NCBI GenBank assembly: GCA_963737265.1
Contig: CAVTRY010000013.1
Span: forward strand, 32,001 to 96,000
Length of the DNA stretch: 64,000 nucleotides
Origin: an uncultured delta proteobacterium
Lineage (GTDB): Bacteria; Myxococcota_A; Polyangia; Fen-1088
Reading direction: 5' to 3'
Shown here: positions 33,106 to 42,497 of the stretch, one piece after another
Numbering within the stretch: the first letter of the stretch is position 1
Layout: every line of letters starts with the position of its first letter
Notes under the pieces: model-generated
Told to the model about the DNA's origin: nothing
Database searches by the model: none
What the model saw: the letters and a program-made list of their open reading frames with translations, nothing else
Made by a program: the position numbers and the translations under genes

Positions 33106-33257
33106 GGTGAACTCCGGCCAAAAGTCTTTCTGGCAGACACTCTATCCTACGTTCAATAGACGTTTGCCGGCAGCAATAGTTTCCTCCCGTGTCGCAAAGT
33201 GCGCCTCGGAGTCGTGGTATCGCATCAAACTCTCCTCCGAGGTAAACTCTAGCGTCC

Positions 33258-34070
33258 ATGGAAACCACCCCCGGCACGAATGTCATCGAGGTTCTTTCCC
33301 TTACTCGGCGGTACGGCTCGCTTGTTGCGGTCGATCACCTGACGTTTTCCGTTGCATCCGGTGCGACCTTCGGATTGCTCGGACCGAACGGCGCGGGGAA
33401 GAGCACGCTCATCAAAATGCTGACGACGCTGCTTCCCGTCACGGAAGGCAATGCGAAAATCGCCGGCTTTGATCTGGTGAAGCATCCCGAGCTCGTGCGA
33501 AAGAAGATCGGGTACGTCTCCCAGATGCTGTCCGCGGATGGCGACCTGACCGGCTACGAGAACCTGCTGATTTCCGCGAAGCTTTACGGGATGCCGAGAG
33601 CGGAGCGTTCGCGCCGGATCGCGCAAGCCCTGGAATTTATGGACCTCGCGCATGTCGGCGGAAAACTCGTGCGCCAATATTCCGGCGGCATGATTCGCCG
33701 CCTCGAAATCGCGCAATCCATGCTGCACCGGCCCGCTGTTCTATTCATGGATGAGCCTTCCGTCGGCCTCGATCCTTCCGCAAAACGCTCCGTGTGGGAA
33801 CGGATCCGCGAACTGCGGCGCGAGTTCGGCACGACCATCCTGATGACCACGCACGACATGGAAGAGGCGGATCAGCTGTGCGAAACGGTGGCCGTCATGC
33901 ACCGCGGCGTGCTCGCCGCCATGGACACGCCGGCGGCGCTCAAGGCGCAAGTCGGAGCGGATGCCTCGCTCGACGATGTATTCATCCATTTCACGGGAGC
34001 CGCGATTTCCGAGGGAGGCGAACTGAAAGATGTCGCTCGCACAAGAATCACATCTCAGCGAATGGGCTGA
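33258..34070 (+). CDS. ABC exporter ATP-binding protein (DrrA-like)
   Basis: GPNGAGKST, YSGGM, DEPSVGLD, TTHDM. Confidence 0.95.
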   Translation: METTPGTNVIEVLSLTRRYGSLVAVDHLTFSVASGATFGLLGPNGAGKSTLIKMLTTLLPVTEGNAKIAGFDLVKHPELVRKKIGYVSQMLSADGDLTGYENLLISAKLYGMPRAERSRRIAQALEFMDLAHVGGKLVRQYSGGMIRRLEIAQSMLHRPAVLFMDEPSVGLDPSAKRSVWERIRELRREFGTTILMTTHDMEEADQLCETVAVMHRGVLAAMDTPAALKAQVGADASLDDVFIHFTGAAISEGGELKDVARTRITSQRMG

Positions 34071-34853
34071 GCCGTTTCCCGGCGCGAATTATTTGCGCCA
34101 GACCTTGGCCGTCGCCGAAGCCGACGTCCGCAAACTCGTTCACGATCCCATCGAGCTTTTTACGCGCATGGTTCAGCCGGTCTTATGGCTGCTGATTTTC
34201 GGCCAGGTGTTCAACCGCACGCGCGCCATCCCCACCGGCGGCATCAGCTATCTGGATTTCATGGCGCCCGGAATTCTCGCGCAGAGCGTTCTGTTCGGAG
34301 CGATTTTTTACGGCATCTCGCTTGATTTGGGAGCGCGACCTGGGCATCGTCCAGAAATTTCTGGTGAGCCCCGCGCCGCGGAGCACGCTGGTGCTCGGGC
34401 GTGCAATTTCCTCGACCGTTCGCAGCCTGTGCCAGATGGTATTTGTGTATCTCCTGTCCTATCTCCTGCACATCCAGCTTCGATTCGGAGTACTTGCGCT
34501 GGCGGGCGTCGCGCTGGCCGTGATGCTCGGATCGGCGATTTTCTCGACGTTCTCCCTGATCGTCGCGTGCATCGTGAAGTCGCGCGAACGCTTCATGGGG
34601 ATTGGACAGGTGCTGACGATGCCGCTCTTCTTCGCGAGCAACGCCATCTATCCGTTGATCCTGATGCCGTCGTGGCTGCAGCGCCGTGTCCAAATTGAAT
34701 CCGCTCTCCTACCAGGTGGACGCGCTGCGAACGCTGATGATCATGGGCAGCACGACTTCCTTCGGCCTGGGCAAGGATTTCCTGATGCTGTTTGTCGCGT
34801 TTGCGGTTCTGGTGGCCGTGGCTACGAAGCTCTATCCGACGATTGTTACTTGA
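34030..34853 (+). CDS. ABC-2 type permease, apparent frameshifts at ~34320 and ~34690
   Basis: QPVLWLLIFG, YLDFMAPG, WERDLG, PLFFASNAIYP; corrected end KLYPTIVT*. Confidence 0.9.
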
Positions 34854-34858
34854 ACTCA

Positions 34859-34933
34859 GTGGCGCACGCTTTAGCTTGTGGGGTTTTGATTTTCACGAGA
34901 ACTGCAAAAGCCACAGGCTAAAGCCTGCGCTAC
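34859..34933. repeat. REPIN (GTGG/GTAG pair)
   Basis: GTGGCGCACGCTTTAGCTTGTG ... CACAGGCTAAAGCCTGCGCTAC. Confidence 0.85.
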
Positions 34934-34942
34934 TCGGATTCC

Positions 34943-37080
34943 TCACCACAATAATTTCAGGCCGAATTGCACTTGTCTTGAGGTTGTGGAGGTTTGAGTA
35001 AACGTTCCGGCCACGGGAGAAGGCGTGCCGGTGGCGGATGTGTATACGATCAAATTGGGCGTATCCAGGTTCGTCCGATTCAGGATGTTGAAAATCTCCG
35101 CGCGGAACTGCAGGTCGAGTCTTTCGAAGAGGTGCGTATCCTTCAGAACGGAAAAGTCCCATGTGCCGAGCCCTGGACCCGTCAGCACATCTCTCCCCAC
35201 GTTTCCAAATGTTCCTGAAGGCGGGACCGCGAAAAAGGCCGGATTAAACCACTGAGCTGCAGTGCCTAGAATTACATTGCCCGCGGGGGGATTCGGATTC
35301 CAGGACGGCCGCACTGGATTTTTCGAATCCCCGTCGTTCGAAGGATTGAAGCTCAGTTGCGGCGTGAAGGGGAATCCGGACTGGATCGTGACGATGCTGT
35401 TCAACGTCCATCCGCCGACGATGCCGTTCGCCCAGCCGCTCATGCCGTTCATGAATTGCCTGCCGTTCCCGATGGGCAGGTCATAGCTGACGTTCATCAC
35501 GCCCGCGTTTCGAACGTCGTAGGTGGCCGGGCCCCAGTCCGCCTTTATATTCAGCGGATTTGCTACGAGCGCGGGTGCATTCGCCGCTGCGGTGGCATTC
35601 AGGGAATCTCCATCGTCTTCGGCCTTGGACCATGTATAGGCGCCGCGGAACGTCAGGCCTTTGCTGAAGCGATGTCGCACGTCCACGGTCATGGCGTTGT
35701 ACATGCTGTCGCCCTCGGAAAACCAGCTGTAGGTGTTGGCCAGCGAGGGGTTCGCCCTGGTTGTCGTGGGTGTGTAAATCGTCCCGGCGGGCAGGGTTCC
35801 GGGGCACGGGGACGCGGGGCAAATGATTTGGGCGGGTACGTTCGTATCCACGCTGAGGAGCTCATGGTCGCCATGCGCGCCGACGTAACCCACGCTGATC
35901 GAAGTATTCGGCGTGATTTCCTGCTCGATTTTCAAGCTGTAGGAATACACGGTCGGAGTTTTCATGTTCGGATCCACTCCTCCCGGCGCGAGCTTTGTCC
36001 CGGCGGGCGACGCGACGCCCGCGGAAATCGGAACGATATTCTGCGAGAGGGGAAACTTGTCGAGCGTAAGGTTGGGAATGGAGTAGGTCGGGTTAAACGG
36101 CGCGTTCTGATCGGTGCGGTAGCCGAGCGCGTCCTCCAAATCATTGTAAATTCCGGCTCCGGCGCGCACGACGGTCTTGCTCCCGATGGGGCTCCATGCA
36201 ATGGCGATCCGCGGTTGCGGCAGGAACCACGCGTTATTGGTGACGAAAGAATTGTTTCCGATCGTCGGCTGCGTGTTGATCACGCCATTCGTGAACTGGT
36301 AATTCGAGGCTCGCCCATACGCTTCGTTCCAACCGGTGGAGAACTCATCGCGGAAGCCCAGGGAGAGCGTCAGGGACGGGGTCACGCGGATGACGTCCTC
36401 TACATAAAATGCGCCGAACAGTGAGCGCCAGCTCAGAGGCGCCGATGCCGGATCGATAAGGAAACTCCCAGTGCTGAAGCTTCCACCCAGGAAAGCGCTC
36501 AAGCTTGGAAACGTGGCCTGTCCGTATTGGCTGAGCGCAATGTTTTCGTTGGACTGGAAACGTTGGAACCACGCTCCGAATTTGAACTGGTGCCGTCCCA
36601 TGGTGTACGCCGCTTGATCTTCGTACGTGAACAAATTTCTGTGCAGGTCAAGATTGCTTCCATTGTTGCTGCCGGCCAGTGCGATCTGGGCTGCCGGGTT
36701 GGACGCGGCGCTACCTCCTACCACAACCGCGCCAACAAACGGAATCCCGGGCAAGAACGGCGAGACAGCGGCAGCCGGGGTGCCCGGCGTAGGCTCCCCT
36801 GTAAAATAGTACCCTGCGCGGGAGAAACCGATTCGCGCGGTGTTGAGCAGCGTGGGCGAGAAGATATGCGTTTCCTCGATGCTCACAACCTGCTCACGCA
36901 AACTTGTCGCGTCCGCCATGAAGGGATTGATCGCGGTAGCGGTCTGGTCCGCGCTGTCGTCCACGGTGTAGACGACACCGACGGAATCCTTGTCCGAAAA
37001 GATATGGTCGACTCGCGCGGTGCCGAAATCTTCCCGGATCGTTTGTAGTGGATTGGCAAAATTTTCGGCAATGCCGGTGT
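34943..37080 (-). CDS. TonB-dependent receptor, C-terminal barrel portion only (5' part lost at the junction)
   Basis: QTIREDFGTARVDH, PQPRIAIAWSP, FGNVGRD, FRAEIFNILN, RQVQFGLKLLW; paralogous to the receptor at 435-3766. Confidence 0.9.
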
Positions 37081-37426
37081 GCAAATCCTGCACGCCTTCG
37101 AGGTCGTGAAATGCGCGGTCGTCCACAACGACATGGTTTTTGAAAACCGTACCCCCGTGAACCATGCGATGTCCGATGGCATCCGGAACGAGATTCGGAT
37201 CGCGTTCGAGCAACTTCATAACCGCGGCGAATGCGGCCGCGTGGTCCTGCATGTCGAGGGTGTGCGTTTCCTCGATGCCGGCCGCGTGATGGTGGATGCG
37301 CGCCGGCAGGGCGGTCTTGGGCCCCACGCGTTCGGCCTCCCCGGCGGCGAGCTCAATCTCGCCGGGCATTTCGAGCAGGCGGTATTTGAGCGACGAGCTT
37401 CCGCAATTGAACACAATGATGCGCAT
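37081..37426 (-). CDS. ackA: Acetate/propionate kinase, N-terminal ~115 aa only
   Basis: NCGSSSLKY and AIGHRMVHGG motifs; stops just before the expected LAPLHN motif. Confidence 0.9.
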
Positions 37427-37453
37427 AACGACCTCGCGAAGGGTGCTTCGGTA

Positions 37454-38671
37454 CTAGATGCTGTCGGGAATCCAGCCAAACACGGGAATGCCGACCAGAC
37501 CGTGGGCCATTGCCGCCGTGCCGTAGGTGCAGGTCACGAGCTTGGAAATGGCAACGGATTCGCCTTCGCGATGGGCCTGCTCTTCGTGGCCGGGGCCGTA
37601 GCCGACGGTGGGGATGTTGTAGTCGTTCACCAGCAGGCTGCCTGCGGTGCCCATTCCGAGGCGCGCCAACTTCCAGCGGCCCGGCTTGGCATCGCAGCCG
37701 GCGGCGGTAAGGGCTTGTCGTGCGCGCGCAAGCAGTGGGCTGAAGGGATCGGTGGTCCACGCGTGCGAAACCTTCTTGGCCTTGATCACGAGACCGCTGG
37801 CGATGGTTTCGCTGCGCTCGCGAACCGCGACTTCGACCTCCATAGTTCCGGCCATCTTGGCCACGCGCACGGCCTCGCCGCGCATGCGGCTGATCAGGTT
37901 GTCGACGCTGTCGCCGGTGCCGAGACGGCGTTGCAGGCTAATCACCGCCTGGCGATAACCGGGCCCATCTTCGTACTGCGTGCTTCCGAGCGCGATGTCC
38001 TCGACGCTGGTGTCGGCGCCCGGCTCGCCGAGCGCGCGCGCCACCAATTCGGCCGCGTCGGAGACGCGGAATGGGTTCGCGCCCCGCAACGTGACTTCCA
38101 TCTCGGCGCGGCCGTCGTGACCGTAGTAAAGACCGAGATCGGTGGGTTCGCCGAGAATGGCGTAGCTGGGACGCAGACCCATTTCCTTGAGGGTGTAGTC
38201 GAGCAGGCCGCGCATTCCGATCGAGATGCCGTTTTCCTCGGCGACCGTCGCCGCCACCACCAGGGTTCCGCGCAACGGCAGAAGGCTGCGCTTGAGCAAG
38301 CCGGCCGCAAAAACCTGGGCGGCGAGTCCGCCCTTGCAGTCGGCGGCGCCGAGTCCGTGCAAGCGTCCGCCTTCGATGCGCCCGCTCCAGGGTGAATCGT
38401 CCCAGGTGCCGAGGTCGCCAGTGCCGACGGTGTCCATGTGACTTGACAGGAGCAGTGTCGGGCCTTCCTCGATTCCATGCATGATGCCCACGACGTTGCC
38501 GAAATCGTCGGCGGTGGCTTGGTCGAAACCGAGGAGGCGCATCTGATCGAGGACGACGGCGCCCGCCTTGGCCTCATCATGGGTTGGGCTTTTCGTGCGC
38601 AGCAACTCCTGGGTGAAAGCAACGAGTTCGGTTTGAAGTCCTTCGAGTTTTGTCTTGAGCAGATCGTACAT
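37454..38671 (-). CDS. M20 metallohydrolase (YgeY/ArgE/DapE-like)
   Basis: SHMDTV, GAADCKGG, EENG, GEPT, C-terminal QAH; ATG 38671 with a purine-rich RBS. Confidence 0.9.
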   Translation of the reverse strand: MYDLLKTKLEGLQTELVAFTQELLRTKSPTHDEAKAGAVVLDQMRLLGFDQATADDFGNVVGIMHGIEEGPTLLLSSHMDTVGTGDLGTWDDSPWSGRIEGGRLHGLGAADCKGGLAAQVFAAGLLKRSLLPLRGTLVVAATVAEENGISIGMRGLLDYTLKEMGLRPSYAILGEPTDLGLYYGHDGRAEMEVTLRGANPFRVSDAAELVARALGEPGADTSVEDIALGSTQYEDGPGYRQAVISLQRRLGTGDSVDNLISRMRGEAVRVAKMAGTMEVEVAVRERSETIASGLVIKAKKVSHAWTTDPFSPLLARARQALTAAGCDAKPGRWKLARLGMGTAGSLLVNDYNIPTVGYGPGHEEQAHREGESVAISKLVTCTYGTAAMAHGLVGIPVFGWIPDSI

Positions 38672-38720
38672 TGGGATTCCCTTCCATTGCCCGGGCACTT
38701 GCCGGTTGCCCCTAACCTCA

Positions 38721-38735
38721 GCAAGCGGCGTGCCG
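38721..38735 (-). promoter_or_regulatory. sigma54 -24/-12 promoter
   Basis: CGGCACGCCGCTTGC: GG-N10-GC, about 50 nt upstream of the M20 start. Confidence 0.85.
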
Positions 38736-38821
38736 GGATTTCCGCCAGACGTGTTTGCTCGGGATCTCGGCGAAAAGGGCCGGCTGGGCGCAGTTGGCGC
38801 GGCGCGAGCGTTCACGCCGGC

Positions 38822-38856
38822 GTTGCACAATGAAATAGTGTGTTTCATAGTGAAAC
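38822..38856. promoter_or_regulatory. Tandem upstream activator sites
   Basis: GTTGCA-CAA-TGAAAT (38822) and GTTTCA-TAG-TGAAAC (38842), 20 bp apart, about 100 nt upstream of the sigma54 promoter. Confidence 0.7.
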
Positions 38857-38860
38857 TGCC

Positions 38861-40480
38861 ATGCGCGCCGCCGATCTTCGCCTCGACGAGCTCCTTACCT
38901 TTCGCGAGGGCTCCATCGATTTTCAAGGCCGCCGGCTCGTCCTGCACAGCACGGACGCGTTCGCGAGCCTGCGCAAAGATCTCTTTGAAATGGTGGGAGC
39001 GCGCCAAGCGCGTCGCATTCTTACGCGATACGCGTACTTCTGGGGACAGGCCGACGCGGCTGCCATGCGCCGAGTGTTCAAGTGGGACACTCTTCTCGAT
39101 CTGGTGAAGGCCGGGCCACGCCTGCACGCCTTGCAGGGTGTGGCTCGTTGGGTAACCAAGCGTCTGGATCTCGACGAAAAGACCGGCCATTTCTTCATGG
39201 ATGTGACTTGGCACGGTTCGGGCGAGGCGGACGAACATCTCGCCCATCTCGGCAAGGGCGATCACCCGGTGTGCTGGATGCTCGCCGGCTACGCGAGCGG
39301 GTTCATGTCCTACGTGCTCAACAATAATATCTACTTCATCGAGCAGAGTTGTAGAGCCCAGGGCGGACGGGTGTGCACCGCCATCGGGAAAGACGTCGAT
39401 TCGTGGAGGGGCGAGCTTGCCCCGCACCAGGCGTACTTTTCCGCCGACGACATCAAGGGGAAGATTCGCAATCTCAGCGAAGCGCTGCGCCGTGTCTCGC
39501 GCGAGCTGGCGGCCAACGAGCGCCAGTTGTCCACGCTCACCAAGCCGCCTCTGGTCGAGGTGCGCAGCCCGTCGTTCACGCGGGTGATCGATCTGGCAAC
39601 GCGCATCGCCCCCTTCGATTCTTCCGTGCTCATCACCGGCGAAAGCGGCGTCGGCAAGGAGGTCGTCGCGCGCCTTGTGCACGCGCGTTCGTTGCGGACC
39701 AAGGGACCGTTCCTGGCCATCAATTGTGGCGCGCTTCCCGAGACGCTGCTCGACTCGGAGCTGTTCGGGCACAAGGCCGGTGCGTTCACCGGCGCCATCG
39801 CGGATCGCGCCGGCCTGTTCGAAGCGGCCGCGGGCGGAACCATCTTTCTCGACGAGATCGGCGATATTTCCCAGGCCATGCAGGTCAAACTGCTGCGCGT
39901 GTTGCAAGAACGAGAAATCCGTCGCGTGGGGGGAAGCCGGACGCGCGCCATCGACGTGCGCGTACTGGCCGCCACCAACCGCGATTTGGTCGCGGACATG
40001 CGTTCAGGGCGCTTCCGCGAAGATCTCTACTATCGCTTGCGCGTGGTCGAGATTGTCGTTCCGCCCTTGCGCGAAAGGCCCGAGGACATTCTGCCCTTGG
40101 CCCGGTTCTTCACCGAGCGCCTGCGGACCAAGCTCAAGATTCCGAATCTGCGGTTGGACGCGCCCTGTATCGACTTCCTATGCGCCTACTCTTGGCCGGG
40201 CAATGTGCGCGAGCTGGAGAACGCGATTGAGCGCGCTGCGATCTTGTCGCGCGATGGAAACATGACGCCAGACCTGCTGCCGTCCGGGGTCGTGCATGGC
40301 CAAGAACCGGCAACGGCAAAGCCCGCCAGCAAGAACCGCACCCTGGCCGAGCTGGAAACCCAGCAGGTGGAGGCCGTGCTGCGCCAGACCAACGGCAACC
40401 GCAAACGTGCCGCTGCGATTTTGGGCATCAGCACCGCGACCCTGTGGCGGAAGCTGAAGCGACGGGCCGCACTAGACTAG
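38861..40480 (+). CDS. sigma54 enhancer-binding protein with XylR_N + V4R sensor
   Basis: SLRKDL...GPRLHALQG...VCWMLAGYASG, GESGVGKE, GAFTGA, FLDEIG, WPGNVRELEN, Fis HTH. Confidence 0.95.
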   Translation: MRAADLRLDELLTFREGSIDFQGRRLVLHSTDAFASLRKDLFEMVGARQARRILTRYAYFWGQADAAAMRRVFKWDTLLDLVKAGPRLHALQGVARWVTKRLDLDEKTGHFFMDVTWHGSGEADEHLAHLGKGDHPVCWMLAGYASGFMSYVLNNNIYFIEQSCRAQGGRVCTAIGKDVDSWRGELAPHQAYFSADDIKGKIRNLSEALRRVSRELAANERQLSTLTKPPLVEVRSPSFTRVIDLATRIAPFDSSVLITGESGVGKEVVARLVHARSLRTKGPFLAINCGALPETLLDSELFGHKAGAFTGAIADRAGLFEAAAGGTIFLDEIGDISQAMQVKLLRVLQEREIRRVGGSRTRAIDVRVLAATNRDLVADMRSGRFREDLYYRLRVVEIVVPPLRERPEDILPLARFFTERLRTKLKIPNLRLDAPCIDFLCAYSWPGNVRELENAIERAAILSRDGNMTPDLLPSGVVHGQEPATAKPASKNRTLAELETQQVEAVLRQTNGNRKRAAAILGISTATLWRKLKRRAALD

Positions 40481-40555
40481 TCTAGTCGTGCGAGGCGTGA
40501 TGTACCTGCGCTCGCTTCATTAGACCAGACCTACTGATCGCTGCTCGCGTCGCGG

Positions 40556-42142
40556 TCAGAAATCAGATGGCGATAGCTTCCCCGCGCGCAGCGCGGAGTG
40601 TGCGTTTGGTCTGGCGGCCCGGCGCGGCCGGTGGGCCGCGGCCTCGTTGCGCGTGGCTTGCTCGGCAGAAGGGGGCGCGACCGTGCGCAGCGGCGGGTAG
40701 GCGGCGACTCTGGGCGCACTTGCTGGTGGCGCCGTTGCGCCGCCCGGCGACGGCGTAGGCTGGCGATTGGCCTGCTTGTCTTCGCTCGGGACCACGACTT
40801 CACTGATGCTACCGGCAACGAGTGCGGTCGGCGGGGCCGGGCTGTTGGGGCTTGGAAGAGGCGTGACCTGCGGGACCTGCGATGGAAACTCCGAAGGAAT
40901 CGACGATTGCTCCTTGCCCGGGCTGCTGGAATTGGATGAGGTGGAAAACGCGAGCCACGCCACCGCCACCAGGAAGGCGGCGAGTGCGGCGCCGAGTGCG
41001 GCCCTTCGGTTGAGGAGCCGCGCTGCGACGGCTGGTTTCCCTCCTGGGGCGCCGGCGGGTTGGCCGGACGCGTGCGTGGCGTCACCCGCCATCGAGTAGA
41101 GCGCCACGGTCTCACTGCTGTGGACGCGCGCCAACGGTTCCTGCCCTTTCGCCGCCTTCCCCTCTCGGATTGCGGCACTTTGAGTGGCCTCGAGGAGCTT
41201 GAATATGGAAATGCCCGAAATCGGACTCAGTTTACGTGCCACCGGCGGCAGCGGAAGCAGCTGGTCCTCGACGGCGCGGATCAGGTGGTCCACGTCGGGA
41301 AAGCGGTTGTCGGCCTTCTTGGCCAACGCGCAATCGATGATGTCCGCTACCTCGGACGGCAGATCGGGCCGATAGACCGTCACCCTGGCAGGAAGATCGG
41401 TCAGGATGCGAGCGAACAGGTCCGGCCCTGGCTCGCCCAAAAAGGGCAGCGTGCCGGTCAATGTTTCAAAGAAAAGAACGCCGAATCCGTAGACATCCGT
41501 GCGCCCGTCGACGATGGGGGAGCATTCGATGGCTTCAGGCGCCATATAGGCCGGTGTGCCGAACTTGGCCACCAGATTCGTTTCGGCCGATCGTTCGCCG
41601 ACCGGTTCCATGATGACCGAAATGCCAAAATCGAGAACCTTGGTGGTGAGCAGGCGCCCATCGGCCTCGCTGCAAAGGAAAATATTCCCGGGCTTGAGAT
41701 CGCGGTGGACGACGCCCATGGCATTGGCGGCAGCCACGCCGCGCATGGCGGGTAACAACAAAGCCACCGCTTCATCCAGGCTGAGCGGGCCATTCCTCGT
41801 CAAATAGCGGCTGAGGTTTTCGCCATCGAGCAACTCCATCACGATGCAGGTCATGCCTTCGTGGTCGATGACGTCGAAGATGCTGACGACGTTGGGATGG
41901 TTGATCTTGCTGGCGGCCAGCGCCTCACGGCGAAAAAGCTCGGCGGCCTCTTGGTTGGCGGCGAACGAGCGAAGAATGACCTTGAGAGCGACGCGTTTGC
42001 CCGTGCGCACGTTGACTCCCGCCCAAACCGCCGCCATGCCGCCCTCTGCGATAAGCCGCTCGATGCGATAGCCGCCGGCCAGGATCTGGCCAGGCCGCAG
42101 GATCGTTTCCAGGTTGGCTTGCCTCTCCATCTCTCCGCTCAT
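40556..42142 (-). CDS. Pkn-type Ser/Thr protein kinase with TM segment and Pro-rich tail
   Basis: EGGMAAV, VALK, HRDLKPGN, DFG, GTPAYMAPE, DVYGFG. Confidence 0.95.
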   Translation of the reverse strand: MSGEMERQANLETILRPGQILAGGYRIERLIAEGGMAAVWAGVNVRTGKRVALKVILRSFAANQEAAELFRREALAASKINHPNVVSIFDVIDHEGMTCIVMELLDGENLSRYLTRNGPLSLDEAVALLLPAMRGVAAANAMGVVHRDLKPGNIFLCSEADGRLLTTKVLDFGISVIMEPVGERSAETNLVAKFGTPAYMAPEAIECSPIVDGRTDVYGFGVLFFETLTGTLPFLGEPGPDLFARILTDLPARVTVYRPDLPSEVADIIDCALAKKADNRFPDVDHLIRAVEDQLLPLPPVARKLSPISGISIFKLLEATQSAAIREGKAAKGQEPLARVHSSETVALYSMAGDATHASGQPAGAPGGKPAVAARLLNRRAALGAALAAFLVAVAWLAFSTSSNSSSPGKEQSSIPSEFPSQVPQVTPLPSPNSPAPPTALVAGSISEVVVPSEDKQANRQPTPSPGGATAPPASAPRVAAYPPLRTVAPPSAEQATRNEAAAHRPRRAARPNAHSALRAGKLSPSDF

Positions 42143-42497
42143 CGGCACTTGTTGGGAACATTGCCGCGCCGAAACCGGGACCGCAATAGCCAAGTGGGAT
42201 CGATCTGAAACGCTACAAAAACGCTACCTGACGCGATTGCTTCCCGTCGCAGGGTTTGACATCATCGAAGCGTAATGGCCAATACTGTCGAAATGATCAT
42301 GTTAGTCAAACGTGAGATCATTTTGCTTGGATTCGTGAGCCCCACCACTCGGCGCCGCGTCGCAGCGACGCGGTTCCTGATGGAATTGTCCGATAGACCC
42401 TGCCGCTGCCAAATGTGTGTGCGAGCGAACGACAGGTGATGTAGGAAGGGCGATTGCCGGCGCACGGTCAGAGAAGTTTCAGCACGAAGGGAATCGA

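Noticed and set aside
34943-37426. Novel acetate kinase-TonB receptor fusion protein
   Set aside because: Both halves are truncated mid-domain, a cytoplasmic kinase fragment on a signal-less barrel is implausible, and genome signatures change at the same base
38672-39907. N-terminal 412 aa of the 817-aa ORF 37454..39907
   Set aside because: Antisense shadow of the sigma54 activator; the real start is ATG 38671 downstream of a sigma54 promoter
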